Assembly: GCA_002269645.1 (NCBI GenBank)
Contig: NIVC01002610.1
Coordinates: 1 to 64,000 of the forward strand
Direction of reading: 5' to 3'
DNA from: Macrostomum lignano
Taxonomy: Eukaryota
Length of the DNA: 64,000 bases
Made by a program: the position numbers and the translations under genes
Part shown: positions 1 through 13,906 of the stretch, one piece after another
How positions within the stretch are numbered: the stretch's first letter is position 1
How the letters are laid out: every line of letters begins with the position of its first letter
The notes under the pieces: generated by a model
What the model was told of the DNA's origin: nothing
What the model saw: only the letters and a program-made list of their open reading frames with translations
Database searches by the model: none

Positions 1-530
1 CCACAATGTCCTGTACTAGTGGCAGAAAGTCGTCCGACACTAGGTGTTGCCTAGCGCCTCGGGTCAACAGGTGCACAAATCTGGACGAATCGTCGCGAAA
101 ATTTTTTGTTAACTCTCGTCGCAAAGTTAACAGTCGGTCTTTAGCAGCCGGTCGTTGTTCTGTGCCGCCAGCAGCTGAGAATAGCGGCTGCTTCCAGAAC
201 TTCGGATAGCCCATCGCTTTGGCAATGTCGGCCATCTGTGCCAGCGTCACAGTTTGGCCTTGAATCTCATCTAAAGCCTGAACTAATCGACTATCATCAA
301 CCGGAGCGGCCGAAGAAACTCGGCCAGTATCGGGGAAGTAGAATCTGGGAATGTCCTGACCGCGCAGCGAGTCCGCCTCTTTAATAGCGCCGTCACCACG
401 GGCCGGCTGGGGTTGACGCGGCGTCCTCAGACGGAGTAGCCGTCGCAGTTGGCGAAGAGGGGCCGGTTGGCGAGGTTGCCGAAGTTTGCGGCGAATTAGA
501 AGCCTCCTTGGTAGTGGTGGAGTCGCCCGA
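1..530 (-). CDS. PPP2R3: PP2A regulatory subunit B'' (PR70/PR72/PR130 family), internal exon running off the window start; apparent +1 frameshift near 400
   Basis: Minus-strand translation gives QDIPRFYFP...MGYPKFWKQPLFSAAGG...DDSSRFVHLLTRGARQHLVSDDFLPLVQDIV, matching the conserved B'' motifs IPxFYFP / YWKxPLF / DDAxKFVHLL / xxDFxPxxQDVV. Acceptor AG at 532-531. The phase-0 frame (SGDSTTTKEAS...) stops at 393-395, and the conserved frame is offset by one base. Confidence 0.85.
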
Positions 531-679
531 CTGTTTTAATGAGAAAATAAAAGTGTATGAGTATATAAAAAGAAGAATAGAAACTGCATAAAAACGAGCG
601 TCTCCCCCCAAAAAATCATAATAAATATTATTATGAGTTGAAAGTTGCTAAGTTGCAAGCTAAAAATCATCAAACTGAC

Positions 680-2123
680 ATCATCCATAACTGCGTCGCT
701 GTCGTCTTTGCTAGTGGTTTCAATCTCAGACGAAACAACAGCTGGTTCGCCGGAGTCATCTTCAGTGTCCACAGTCTTCACCGATGGTTGATCATGCTCG
801 ATTTTGTCTACACTTGGCTCCAGAGGCTCCGCTACTTTCTTGTGGCTTTGGTTCGGTTGGAGATTTAACTGGAGTAACAGAATCATCCTTTGTCAAAGTT
901 GTATCAGCGGCAGAGGCGGCGGCTGCAGCTGCGGCTGCAGCGGCATTACTATCGTCGTCGCTTAAGTCAACAGTGTCAGGCAGATTCTTGAGTACATCCG
1001 GCCGATCTGAGGTCAGACGACCACCTTCGACAGCATCTGCATTAGACGAACCAGCTGACGGTGCATCAACGAGCACAGGTATCGGAGTCGGGAATGTCGT
1101 TGCCGTAGTGTCATTAGTTTCTGAAGCAGCAGCCTGTTTAGTAGAGTCGGTCGTTTCGCCTAGCGGTATGCGAACAACTTCAGGCGGCGTGCCAGCATCG
1201 TGCAGAGCCAGGGGCTTGTCTTTCACTAAACGAGGCCCGGGACCGCTCAACAGAGCTTCCGGCCGGCGCACTGGTGACAGAGGAGTCGTAGGAGAGGAGC
1301 CCGCACCAGGCGAAGCAATCGCTGGGGCCGTCATAGGCGAATCAAGCCGGGCATGAAACTGCGAAGCAAAACTAGGACTCTGCGGATCGCCACTGCTGTT
1401 GCCTCCGCCGCTGATGACGCTACTACCGGCACTGGTTTGCACACTTAGCGGAGTTGGCGATGGCGACGACTGCGGTGGGACTGAAGGCGGGCCGCCAACA
1501 GAATATTGTACAGTGACGGGTTTGTCACCGCCAGTCAGTACAAACTGTCCGCTTGTTCGGCCCATGCGCGGATGGAGACGAATACGGAACCGTGTGCCGC
1601 TACCTGCTGGTCCGACGCCAATAACACCAACGCTGCCCATGCCGCCAGCTGACGACACGGACGATGACGGACTAGGCGGCCGACCGCTGACAAGCTCCAA
1701 TCGACGCATCGACGAAGTAGACGAAGCCGCGTCATCGTCGGCACCAGACGGCGTTGTCGCAGTAGACGAAGGTGCAGAGGAGGTCGACTGTGGCGGCAAT
1801 AGCATGTGATAGCGCGTGACTTCGTGCTGTTGATTTCGGTGCTGCTGCTGCGACGGATACAGGTGCTGCATATGCTGATGCTGGTGTACATGAGGCGGCT
1901 GCTGCGGCGGGCGAGCGTTTGCGGGCACCGAGCCCGGGGCAATGGTTGCACCGGTTGCCGCGGCTAGCCGACGACACCGGGAGAGATGGACGCCGCCGCA
2001 TCCCCAACAGCCGTTTGTGACGTGAACTGAACGAGCTCTTGCAACTTCTAATCGACAGCTGTGGTAGACGCTAACTCGGCTAGTTACTAGGCTGCAGCCA
2101 ACAGGGCTCACAGATAGCGACAT
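680..2123 (-). CDS. Large low-complexity alternative 5' coding exon of the PP2A B'' gene; apparent +1 frameshift near 840
   Basis: ORF 792..2123 (S/P/Q/A-rich) overlaps the frame of ORF 536..886, which continues natural-looking sequence (VAEPLEPSVDKIEH...DAVMDD) to a phase-0 donor GTCAGT at 679. That donor is compatible with the acceptor at 531. Confidence 0.55.
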
Positions 2124-3590
2124 TATGTAAATATATTTTGAAAGATATAATTAAATAATCTAATCGTAATTCGCTCTGTAGGTGAGAATCTTAAGAGATA
2201 GACATTGCGATCTAGCTGCAGAAGGGAAAAGCGAGGCAGCAGATGCCGTCAAGCGCTGGGATCCGGGAGTGAGGTTGCCAGCTGTGAAGAGGAAGTGGGC
2301 AAAAACAGCACGCACAGGGGTGAGGGCACAATGCAGGCTATATCTATTCGTGGCGCTCTACTCCGTACTGACCTTTCCCTTTCCATCCGTACCGAAGCGT
2401 TTCCTCTACCTACTGTTGCCTCCAGTAATCCCCTCTTTTACCCTCACTTCCTAACCCTAGGCCATCTAAACATCGCCCAAATCCTTCCCAAACCAGTTCG
2501 TTTGGAAGCGTCGGCTGTTTTGCGTCACCGTCAGATGCTGTAAAACGAGAGGAACGGAGGGTGGGAGGCCAGAAAGGGAGTTTAAGACCCAGTGACCATT
2601 AAAGCTGGGTATGTACGTCAGCACTCGCTGCGCCGTCATTCGATGCTGGTTCAGAAAAAATGGGAGATAGAAGGAAAAGGTTTTAGTCAGACGTTGAAGC
2701 AAAGTATTGGAATGAACCTCCAAGGGAAAAGCTTGTATTATGCGGCTACAAAGCAAACAGCGACTAATCCCCTATACGTTCATGCCGTACGAAAGACTTA
2801 AGTTTCACTAGCTTATTCGCACCGCACATTCGTCCGGCACAGATATAGAAAAGGAAGGACTGGAAATTTTGAACGCAGCGTTTCTAGCGACAGAAACGCT
2901 GGATGACGTAGGCTTGAAAATGGGCATCCCAAAATGCGCACTAGGATCGTTCAGGCGCAAAGGCAATGCAGTCTATCCTACGGCTCTTTCCCTCTTTATT
3001 TCTATCCGAAGGAAATAATCCCCGCACGAATTTGGCTACGGGCTGTACAAATATCGTGAGATTCAATTTTGTGGGGTCGCTTCTAAACCTACAGATCAAG
3101 GGTGAACGAACTATAGTTGGCTCTTGGCACTGGCTTCCAGCGAAAGTCGCGCGCACACGCAAGACAGCGTGTATCGCAGGAGAAATGCAGGCAAAAGCCA
3201 CTAAAAAATATAATTGCATCTTAACTTTCCGACGGTATAGACCTTACCAAACTATCTGTGAAAAATTCCGCTCTGCAATGGTAGCGTTAGGGAATGAGAA
3301 AGTCGCAAACTGAATTTGATGTATAAGAGGTAAGAAAAATGCAAAATGCGCACAAGATCAAGGGAAGCTTAAGCCGCCATTGTAACTTTTACTCAAATTT
3401 CTACTTTTTATGTGCAGTGATCATTAAAGCCCGGGCAGCTCATTTGCTACAAAGGACATATAAAGATACTTTATAATAGGGACATTTTTTCTTGCTAAAT
3501 ATACTTTTAACTGGTTTCAAAGCAACTTGCGGAGCAAAAAATTGCTGCGTAACTATTTTTTGAGCTTTTAATCGAACCTGTTAACTAAAA

Positions 3591-3878
3591 GGACCTGTCA
3601 ACTTCAACTCATAAAGTGAAGCTTAAGTAACCTATGTACTCAAATGATACGTTATTCTGCTCAAAGTGACACCAGAGATAATTAGGGACTATTACGAGTA
3701 TGTCTCGTAAATTGGAGTCCCTAATTATCCCCTTATTTGTTCTCTCCTATCTCAGATCCAATTATGGTCAATTTTTGCCAAATCAAGCTATCTGGTATCA
3801 CTGTGAGCGACTGACGTATCATTTTGTGTACATTGGTTACTCTGGCTTTACCTTATAATGAGTTTAAGTTGACAGGCC
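3591..3878. mobile_element. Fold-back MITE with long imperfect terminal inverted repeats
   Basis: GGACCTGTCAACTTCAACTCAT...GTAACCTATGTACTCAAATGATACG at the left is the reverse complement of CGTATCATTTTGTGTACATTGGTTAC...ATGAGTTTAAGTTGACAGGCC at the right. There is also an internal hairpin GATAATTAGGGACT/AGTCCCTAATTATC. No TSD identified. Confidence 0.7.
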
Positions 3879-6800
3879 ATTTGTGTAAAGGAAGTTCGAA
3901 ATTAAGCAAAAGCCGAAAATCATTTGATATATGAATAGAAAAAGAATCTATCAAATTTCCTCAAATTTGCACATTTTGGTGAGCGTTTCTTTAGTTAGCA
4001 TGACATGAATAGCATATTTTTATTTGGTTAAAAAATCAAGTGAAAAAGCATTTTGATGTCAAATAAAGTGAAATGACCAATGTGTAGTGTATTCAGTAAA
4101 ATTACTGATACAAGCTAAACTACTCGCAATACGAGACATAAGTAGGCAGTAGATTTGCGAAGCATTACAGTAAGCATTTAGTCTTAGGTATGGAATTGAA
4201 TTTCAAATATTTATATACAGTCTTTGTTAATTTACAACTAAAAAACAACACGCACTGTAATGATACCCATAGAGTGGTTTTTTTATGCCAAGCTTGCATC
4301 AAATAAAGCACAGATAAGAAGCAGATTGTCCTACAGAAATTGCACTGGCTGTTAAAGAAGAGAAATAATAAAGACCTGTAAAGTGCAAAGACAAGATAGT
4401 AGATTGATTTATAAAAAGAAGCACTGCACTAGAAAGAGACAATGCAAAGATGGTATCAGCTGAACATTATATTGCATAAAAGAAAAATATAAACAGTTAA
4501 CCTGGAAACCGGGCCATAAAAATCTATAATCCCTATTAAAATGGAGAACACTAATAAAGTAGTTTAAACTGAGATGATTTGGTTGACTTTTAGGCTTGTA
4601 GACTGCAGGATATTTAGTAACGCTGAACAAAATTTTATCAAGAATTTATTAAAGGAATATAGTCAGAAAAGCTGTTGATTAAATGAACAATGAACAGTTT
4701 ACAGCCGCATCAAGGCGGTTAGACTTAGCTTCTGAGTTTTAAAAACATATCTTTGATTTATAACCATAATTTTCCCATTAAAAACCTGCTTAATGTTCTT
4801 TGTATGCTTTCGAAAAAGAGATTTTGAGTACAATTAGTCTCCCAATATTCCTAAAAATTGAATAAAAAAATAAAACAACAATGTCTATAAGCTCAGGGGG
4901 AAATCTTTCAGAATAACTTACTCTTCATACATGTCAGAAAAAGCAAATAAACATGATGAAGATGAACTCACAAGCCATCCACAGCGTCACAAATCAGTGA
5001 TAAAAATGAAATAAAAAATGACTCAGAACAGATATAGTAATCAGTACACATTTAAAAAAAGACTGCATAGGAACCAATGCAATAATCAATCAAGAAGAGT
5101 GCTAAAAATGACATCTGAATAAAAGCCAATTGTTCCGTTATTCAATAATATTTACGCGGTTATTCCACCACATACCGGTGGGTACAGGGTGGATTTGAGC
5201 TCTGTTTAAAACTTTTTGGATAACATTTATAAAAATGATTGAAACCAAGAGATCTACAACCCGAAATCTAATGAAGCTAAATAAATAAAGGTAGAATTAG
5301 ATACAGAAAACGCACCCTACGACCTACACAGAAGTGGATAAAAGCAGCATTGTGCATTGTGTACAAGCAAGAGTGCACACATCAGCTGAGGCAGCAATAA
5401 CAGAATATTCATTTAAGGGAAAGAAAGAAGTTATATGTGGCAAAATTTGATGCATAATAGATATCGAAAGCAATTATCAAATAAAGGGCAAATATAGAAA
5501 ATTCTTTGTCTACAAAGACTAGTCAGACTCAGCCTCTTCATCTATAGTTGTTAGCAGTTGTTGCTGTTGTTGCAACAATTGCTGCTCCTGCTGGTAAGAA
5601 CAACCACCGCCTGTTGCTGACGAGACGAAACCGCGAGCTTTACAAGCCAGCGTGCAGTAGATGTGACAAACAATAGTCAGTTGGAATACCAATAGTGGAA
5701 ATAGTACTGGCAGTACGAATATCGAACCAGATGACGTGTCTAATAGCCATAGTAGAGCGAAGGAACACGAATAGAACAGTAGCCCGGCTGTGGAGTGCAT
5801 GCTTGTTGAGGTCCTTTCTCTTTCTTTTGTATACAGTATATTATGTACAGCAGTTGTCCAGCTAACGGTAACTAAATTATATGTATTTTATAGACTGCAA
5901 ACAACATAAACTGGCCTTTCTACCTATATCTTTAAATACTGTGCTCCAGTTTGAATTGCTTAGCAATATATTTTTTCTCTGCTTCCGAGCTTGTGCACAA
6001 CTAGCTGTAAGTATGTTTTTGCCACGCGGAATTCAGCGGAGGGGGGAGAGGAGGAACTGAACTGAATGAACGAACAAGAGAAAGAAAGAGAAGAAAACCC
6101 GTAGAGCTAGGGGGGAAGGACAGCAGCTGCGGAGGCGCCTTGGTAAAATTCTGGATCATCGTTTTCCTTCTCTGCTTTGGCCTGCCTGTTCTCCTCTCTT
6201 CCCTTCACGAACCAACCAGTATGCGATGGCACGAGTGAGGGAGGTGGGGGGGAGGGGGAGAGGATGGATTCATCGTCCACTCCGCCTGATAGCCTGGTCA
6301 GAAAAATTGAGGCGATTGAACAGGCCACTCGCGGAGAGGGGTAAGAAAACCAAAAACTTTCAGGAGCGCTCTCGGTTAGGGAGGTGGGGCAACAATGTAC
6401 ACAGACCCCACAGTGTAGAGTGTACATTGTACAAGACCAAAATAACAGCGGGGGGGGGTAGCAGGCATGCAATCTGACACCCCCATTCAGCCCGGCTTCC
6501 TGTTCAAGCGCCGCGCGAGACACCCCGATCTTTTCAACAGCCCCTGCAGCAGCACCCCCACCCTAGACAGCCCCTCAATTCCACTTCCTACCCCCTTATT
6601 ATACTTAGACTGAACTGGACAAATATAAATTAAGTAACGATATATATATATAAGTTTTGATTTTTATAGGTAGAGATATAGAGGTTGGTAGTGCGCTGCG
6701 GGGGGCCTGCCCTTGCGGGGTGCCTACAGCTAAAAATAAAGAGCTTGTGTCTGGCGCCTGGCTGAGCATTTGAGCTGTGAAAAAAATGGCGGACCTGAGT

Positions 6801-7365
6801 AACTGAGTTGAGTTCACGAAAAAATGTTAGGATTTTCTATTCGTTTACTACCTACGTTTTTATTCCCGATGGAGTTGGCTCATGAAGTATTATCACGAGA
6901 GAGGCGAGGGGGAGATATAAAATCCTTAAATTCGAATGTATACTCGTTTGGATTGGTTTTTATAAAAATAGGCCATAAAAATGTCCATCCTACGAACAAA
7001 AATTCACACTCATTTTTTGCCACCAATTACAGTCAGTATATATTTTTCAGTAATTTCATTTCGTCTAAAAAGCAGTGGAAAAAATTACACGGTCAATTGA
7101 CATTTTGCGTAAAACCTGTTTCCGTCTATTAATGAAAATTTTATGCTCATAAATCATAAACAATATATTTTATTACTGTATAGCGTTTCTCTTGGATTTT
7201 GAATTACACATCGAGAATATGTACATAGCAGTGATAGCACTATAGAAACTATAAAAATATTGATCCAACACTGCAATAAAACATTCAATTATTTAGAAAT
7301 AAGCTTGCAACAGCTTGGCATACGTCGATTAAAGTACCTGAAGTTTTGACACAGTCGAACTCATC

Positions 7366-7620
7366 CTTACCAAATAACACCCTAGCGTTGATTTGCTAAA
7401 CATCTAATCCTACTCTACCCCCTACCAAAGTACACCCCAGCACTGATTGGCTAAGCCCTTCGTCCCCTCTACCCCTTCCAAATCACACCCTAGCGCTGAT
7501 TGGCTAAACCCTTCGTCCCTCTGTACCCCCTACCAAATAATAACTCAGTGCTGATTGGCTAAGCCCTTCGTCCCTCTGTACCCTTACCAAATCACAACCA
7601 ACCAGTGTTGATTGGCCAAA
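7366..7620. repeat. Degenerate ~54-bp tandem repeat, about 5 units
   Basis: Recurring unit CTACCAAA-N-CACACCCTAGCGCTGATTGGCTAAACCCTTCGTCCCTCTGTACCC, in intron 1 of the B'' gene. Confidence 0.8.
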
Positions 7621-7719
7621 CTGATCATACCTAAGCCCTTATTATTCACCAAAAACATTCGTAAAATGTGAAAATCACGCAAAAAACAACCCAAATTGAT
7701 AAGAAATCAAAAAGCTCAC

Positions 7720-8073
7720 CATAGCTCTTCTAGGCGATACTCCACCGCTGCTACTACCATTGCCGCCATTCTTAATCGGCGCCTGTCGCCTTGGCGACCT
7801 AGGACTATAGGATCTAAGGCCGCCAGGCGTATTTAGATAATGATGCGGCGGAGTCTGAGGCCTAGGCGACGTCAACATGCCGCCAGCTGCGTGCTGATGC
7901 GGGCCAAGCGTAGGCGTTGGCTCAGCAACGGCAAGCATAGCAGCTAGAGATTCGCCTTCTAATAATTGTTGCAGATTTTCTCTCAGCACAGACATTGTAG
8001 CCTCTTCGGTGAACCATCTTAGAAATAATTCGTCAATTTTCACCCGCAACAGCGGGCGAGATACTGTCTTCAT
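7720..8073 (-). CDS. PPP2R3: First coding exon of PP2A B'' subunit (PR70-like N-terminus)
   Basis: MKTVSRPLLRVKIDELFLRWFTEEATMSVLRENL matches the PR70-type N-terminal motif (LKMKVDELFLxWLSE). 354 nt ending at a phase-0 donor GTGAG at 7719. Confidence 0.85.
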
Positions 8074-8786
8074 GCCCACTATTTGTTTTCACTTTGGTGA
8101 TCGGTTTTATTACAGCATGGGTCAAATCGAATTAGTTAGAGTTATTATAAATGATTGTTTACACCATTCATCTAGCTAAAAATGCACTGACTACCGCAAC
8201 TGTCGGTAGAATAATCATGAAAGGTAAAGGTAAAGTTAAGTTTAATACAAAATTATCATATTGAAATATTACTAGAAAAGTGTTTCTAATTCAAATTATT
8301 TACCTAGCACTAAATCAACTACTATGAGTACTAAATAAAAAAATAATACAAAACTATTTAGTAGTAAAACATGCTTTCAAGTGACTTATAATCACAATAT
8401 AATTTGTTTTTTTTGTACATAAAAATACACAAAAAAGCTTAGTATTTAAATCAGATCTTTATTCACGTCACATTGCCAATTTAATTTTTATAGTACAGGG
8501 TACAAACGGAAAATATCCCATACGAGCTAGAATAAAACATTATTCATACTACTGATTTTACGGTTTAGTAGCGTATAACGAACATAACAGAAAGAAATTT
8601 ACTTTATTTTGAAAATATATAGTTTTCTTGCAGATGTTTTACTACGTTTACTACTTAAAGTACAACATCAAACAATATGTCAATTATATAAATCAATCAG
8701 TCAATCAGAATAAATTTGGTTTATTATATTGTTTTTCTTCAGTAAAACACATCTAGAAAGCCGACAAATAGACCGAATAGATGGAT

Positions 8787-9629
8787 TTAAGAACTGTGCA
8801 GAATCCTATTGAACGCATTGTAGCCGCTCTCCATGTCGAACACCATCTGTCGAGCCTGAGCTTCATCCAATTCATCCGACGCGCCTAGCCCAGCTAGCAC
8901 GTCCAGCCACTCTTTCACCTTGGCTTTGCCCTCGAAATCAGTCGGCAGCATTGACATTCTATTCATAGTTTCCATCAGTTCACGCAGATTCGGATCCAAT
9001 TGATCCTTGGACAGCATATTCAATCGCAGATTGTCCATTATGGTGATGTACAGGGCCACAATATCAGCAATACAGCGGCTAGTATTGCCTTTGTCATCCT
9101 TAATAGTGATTGGTCGGTCCTCTTTAATCCGACTGATAGCGGCTGGACAGTTCATTCGGTAGCGGGCTACGAATGTCTCCAAATCGGGATATTCGTCGCA
9201 TTGCACCTGCCTGAAAGCTGCTTTGTACTGGACAATTAGCTTAGAACAGGCGGCTGTGTACTCTTTAGCCGGGATGCAATCTTTAATGTACATTTTCTCC
9301 AGATTTTGCAGGGTGTTTAGCACAGCGTACAGTTCCGCTAGGTTGTCGTATCTGACAGAATTGAAAGTAGTAAAAACATTGTTATTGTCAAAACAAGTCT
9401 CATGTCTACTAAAGTCAAGATGGACAATATTCTAATTAAAATTTAGCAATCAGAAATTTTGTAAAAGAAGGCCAGCTCTGCTTTGGCATAGGGGGGCTTC
9501 ATAATACCAAAATTGTGTGACAGCATCTCAGTTGGTTGGGGAATGGGGCCATTTTTAATAGACTTACTTTTCACGTTCTCGAGTATTTCGATACAATTTC
9601 ACTTCTTCGTAGAGCTCTTGGCGAATCAT
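8787..9629 (-). CDS. VPS28: ESCRT-I subunit VPS28; join(9629..9568, 9351..8787), about 208 aa
   Basis: [21 protein letters not shown]|[19 protein letters not shown]...[17 protein letters not shown]...[31 protein letters not shown]...[18 protein letters not shown] intron 9567-9352 keeps the frame. An additional upstream exon is possible. Confidence 0.95.
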
Positions 9630-11825
9630 ACTTGGAGCTGGAAGAAAAGATAAGAAGTTTATTTGTGCTGTTATATCATTACTTATTGGAATTAATCATA
9701 ACTGATGTAGATGGACACCTAATGCACACAATGCCGTGCCTTGGCTCTTCAAAGGAGTAAAAAAACAGCATTTAGTTCATAACATCGAACATGTACACAA
9801 GAATTTTATAGACAATGACTGCAAAAATCTCTAGCTGCTTCAATATACTTTCATATCTAATACAGATGGGAACTATGTACTATTTGGCTTTAAACTGAGT
9901 AAAAAAATAGTAAAATAATGATTATAGAATAAAGGTAGAATTTGCCAAGTAGAAAAGCAAATGAGATCTAAATTATTAGGACTGAAGTAAATAGGATTTT
10001 TAACTGACTAGGAAGGATATATAATATATAGGTTCTTATAAATTAATCAACAAGTAAGAAATATTGTCTAATCTATTAAAAATAACTATTAAGTTATATT
10101 TTTTATTGTTACCAATGGTAAAAACCTATATAGGAAGAGAATAATAACAAAAGCTAATAAAGCTTTTCATTCAGAAAATTAGGATTCTATATTAACTTTT
10201 TATTCGTTATACATTTCTTGTACCTAAAAAAATAATAATGCATTGCATAGCTCCAAATCATTGGTTTTAGGAATCAATTTTATCATTTATGCAGCTTGTG
10301 CTACACATATTTTTTACGCAGTCAGCTAAGAATGAGAAAATAGACTCATAAAACCAAAGAGCCAAGCTGTGCTATTTTAATGGTTTTTAGGCACAAGACA
10401 TGCGCAAATGTACATTAAATAAGAAATAAAGAAAACAACAAAATACTAATTTTCTAAATGAAAAGCTTTATTAATAGTGATAGAGCAATAAGAAAGGCAC
10501 AACATATCAAAAGATGAACACTGGAACTGCCTCCTATCTAAAGCAGTAAATTTTTGTGCTGAAAAAATGAAAACTTCCTATCTCTGTAGTGTTTGGGGAA
10601 TGTTTAGTGTCTGTATTTTTTGGGGAAAACCAGTGTTTGGCGTGAGGGGGTATGCAATTTTTCGTGCCTTGTATAAATTTTCAGGCTTATGAGTTCTCTA
10701 CTATAAAACCTAGCGTAGGTGCAGTGGCAGAAACAGGAGCTTAACTTGACAAGTCTGCGTGTCGAATGACATTTTTTAGATAGATGTTTTTAATGACCTT
10801 TTTAGGGTTCATGTGCCCACAAAAACGGCTTTTCTGGGGTGAATGGGGGCTCCAGCCAAGGACTACTTAAGTAGAAGGATGCAAGACTCAGAATTGGTGA
10901 GAATTTCATTGGAAGCCTCCAACAAATTTTCCATGAAAGTTGAGTCTTGAGTCCTATATGTATGTTATTTTAGTCATCCTTGGCTCCAGCTAGCAAAGCC
11001 CCTTCCCCTGCATTTGCTACTGCCAAGATCTATATCAAATATATGTACTTCCAACAAAATAATTGAATTCGCAAACATCAACACAAATTTGGCTGCAATT
11101 CACTTGGAGATCATGACTAAGAAACTAAGAAATACTATTAATACAAAGATTTGGGATCCATGGTATCAGAGTGCAATACAGAACTTATAGTCAGGTAGAA
11201 CCAGGCAGCAAAACATATTGTGTGTACAGGCAAAAGAGGAATTTTATACTTCCAAATTTGCACCCTTGATGGACAAGGAAATTTGCGCTATATCTTTAGA
11301 ACTTGTGCATTTGTGCCTGTGACAATCAAATTTGCACCAGGCGCAAATTCGCACCTGACTTTGAAGACTAGGGAAAACCTGCCTTCTAAAATTTTCTAAG
11401 AAACAAGGTTTCCCATCCTTCTACTTAAGTCATCCTTGAGTCCACATTATGCTGGGTGCATGCCAAAAAAGTTAAATAATTACAAATGCACACCAAAAAA
11501 AATTTTGTTTACAAACATTCTAAAAAAATATGCCAGTGTTGCAACAATAAATGACCTTTTTTACATTGCATATTAGACCCTTTTTAGCAGACAATCTGGT
11601 TGATTCTTATGCTTTTTTGGCAATATTATTTATAGTAGAAAATAGTTCATGCAAAGATTTGTTTAAATGCTTTTTTCAAGCTTGAAAAAACCAGAAGGCT
11701 TGAAATTTCTGCTCAAAAATGAACTTTTTTTCATCTTTTTCTATTTCACAATAACTCTTGTGCAGGTATACTTTTTTCTTAAGAGTGATGCATGCCAACT
11801 GTGCATGTCTACTTCTGGTATGCAA

Positions 11826-12134
11826 CATACATGCGCAACCTCCAAAATTTCATTGGCTATGCAACTTAGTTTTAACAAAAATGCAACATGGTTTTTGGCC
11901 AAAAATGTGACTTACATATAAAAAAGAAGTCTTAAAGCAAAATTAATGCAACTTTAGATAAATGGCAGGAGTAATTATGACCATCTTCTTAGGCCTATTA
12001 GCAAAATGCCTTATCATTTAGGCCTTAGTACTACTTTGGTATTTATTTAGATGGGCATTTTTGCAATTTACCTTGGTTGGCTATCAAATTAGTTGGCCAG
12101 ATCAACCAACTCAACTGATTGATGCGCATGTATG
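11826..12134. mobile_element. hAT-family MITE related to the element at 23235
   Basis: TIRs CATACATGCGCA / TGCGCATGTATG, flanked by an 8-bp TSD GTATGCAA (11818-11825 and 12135-12142). The internal sequence is collinear with 23235-23520. Confidence 0.9.
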
Positions 12135-12527
12135 GTATGCAAGGCCAATGCACACTTGAATTTTTGGGTATATACTATATGACCTAGAGTGTAGGTATAT
12201 ATATACACTAATACAAAATCTACACTATGAAAAATATATATAGGATTTGTATAGGCCTAGCTATAAAACAAGCATTGCCTAAATGGTATATAGACTTATA
12301 TAGTACATAGTATTTATCAGGAAAATACAAAAAAACATAGTACTAAACTCAATGTTATAATTTTTTACGAATAATCATTAGCCTTAGACCTTAGACTTAG
12401 TTGTCATACTTTGTATACCAGCTATATTAGGTATATTGATAGATGATTGCATATATATGCCCTTTAGAACAATGTCAGCATTGTCAGGTGTATATGCCTA
12501 TTGCTATGATCTAAGCCTATTATATTA

Positions 12528-12980
12528 GGCAGTTGTTATTTGTCCAGTGACTGGACGAAAAGCGATGTGGTTATTTGTCCGATTACTGGATCCTGACCAT
12601 GCTTTCCTAATTATCTGGTTAAACCAGACAAATAGACATTTTTTTATTTGTCCAGTTAAATTGATAATGCTAAAATATCTAGTTCATAAAAAACACAAGG
12701 CCCAAGGGTAAATATTTCTAGACTTCAAAGACTTCTTACTCGTAGCTTGATTATTATATTTTTATACTAGTGTATGTCTTATATACCAAATTATGCCGAA
12801 TTGAATACACTGCTTTGCTTACACTCAAGTAATACAAGAAAATATTAATCAGTATACGAGAAAAGGTCTTAAAAATCTAGAATATTCATCACAAAACAAA
12901 TAAGATATTTGTGTTAGCAATTTAACTGGACAAATAGCAAAAAGGCTATTCATACAGTCACCGGACAAATAACAACTGCC
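12528..12980. mobile_element. Mutator-like (MULE) MITE
   Basis: 26-bp TIR GGCAGTTGTTATTTGTCC(A/G)GTGACTG with one mismatch, flanked by a 9-bp TSD ATTATATTA (12519-12527 and 12981-12989). Confidence 0.85.
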
Positions 12981-13906
12981 ATTATATTAATGTCTTAGGA
13001 TATCAAAGTCAAAGATAACTTTCCTTATGTCTAATTGTCTATGATATATAAAGAAAAAATTTTGCCTAGGCTATAGGCCTATCAATAAGTAAAAACTACA
13101 AGTACAAAAAGTAATTACTTCTAGGCCTAGTATAAATATAACAATGTCAATGAAATTTTACTTTTTATTAGCATTTTCTTTTGGTTCAACTGTCTGCAGG
13201 CGAAATGACAAAGCACATTATAACACTAATGCATCTAGATACTGCTGCTGCTGCAGTGCTTGCCACTGCTTGGTTGGTTGGTGCTAAACTGCTAGGCCTC
13301 TATTTTTACAGAAATACTGTAGAGTTAAATACATAAATAAAGTAGCCTCTAATGAATTCATAAGCTTTATTATAAAGACACACTACCACACGTCCATAAG
13401 TACTAAACGAATTTATGCAGGCCTACACAAAAAAGTTCATTATCAGCATCAGCAGATGTCGATTTTCACGTTTTCCGTTTAGTTTAGGCGTAGACTTTAT
13501 GAAATTCGGTGTTCTGAATATAGCGTCAAAAAATTAGGTAATATGGTAGATTTACAATTTTAAACGGCCACTTCTATTTTAATTTCGTCGTATTAAACCT
13601 CAAGCGTCTTTCTTAGTCTAAATCAGTTGAGAAAATAAATTAACTATTTCTTGTAAATTTCTACTGCAAAAATTCTCCAATTAAATTTAGCTAACAAATT
13701 AAAAAAAAACGTCTTTGAAAACACGCACGTTTAATTTTAAGATTATTTTCAACTATTGGATTGTTGTGTTTATTTGTCTGCTTTTATTTTAAAGGTACTT
13801 GTTATAATACTATTCATCAGTTTGGTTACTTGTCAATGTAAGGGCACAATTTTAAAATTATTGTGTTTCCGAGTAATTTTGTATTGAGCTTTCTAATTTC
13901 CGCCTT

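Noticed and set aside
5519-6523. ORFs 5519..5800 and 6107..6523 on the minus strand
   Set aside because: No recognisable motifs. They could be UTR or alternative-promoter sequence of the B'' gene, but no supported splice path was found.
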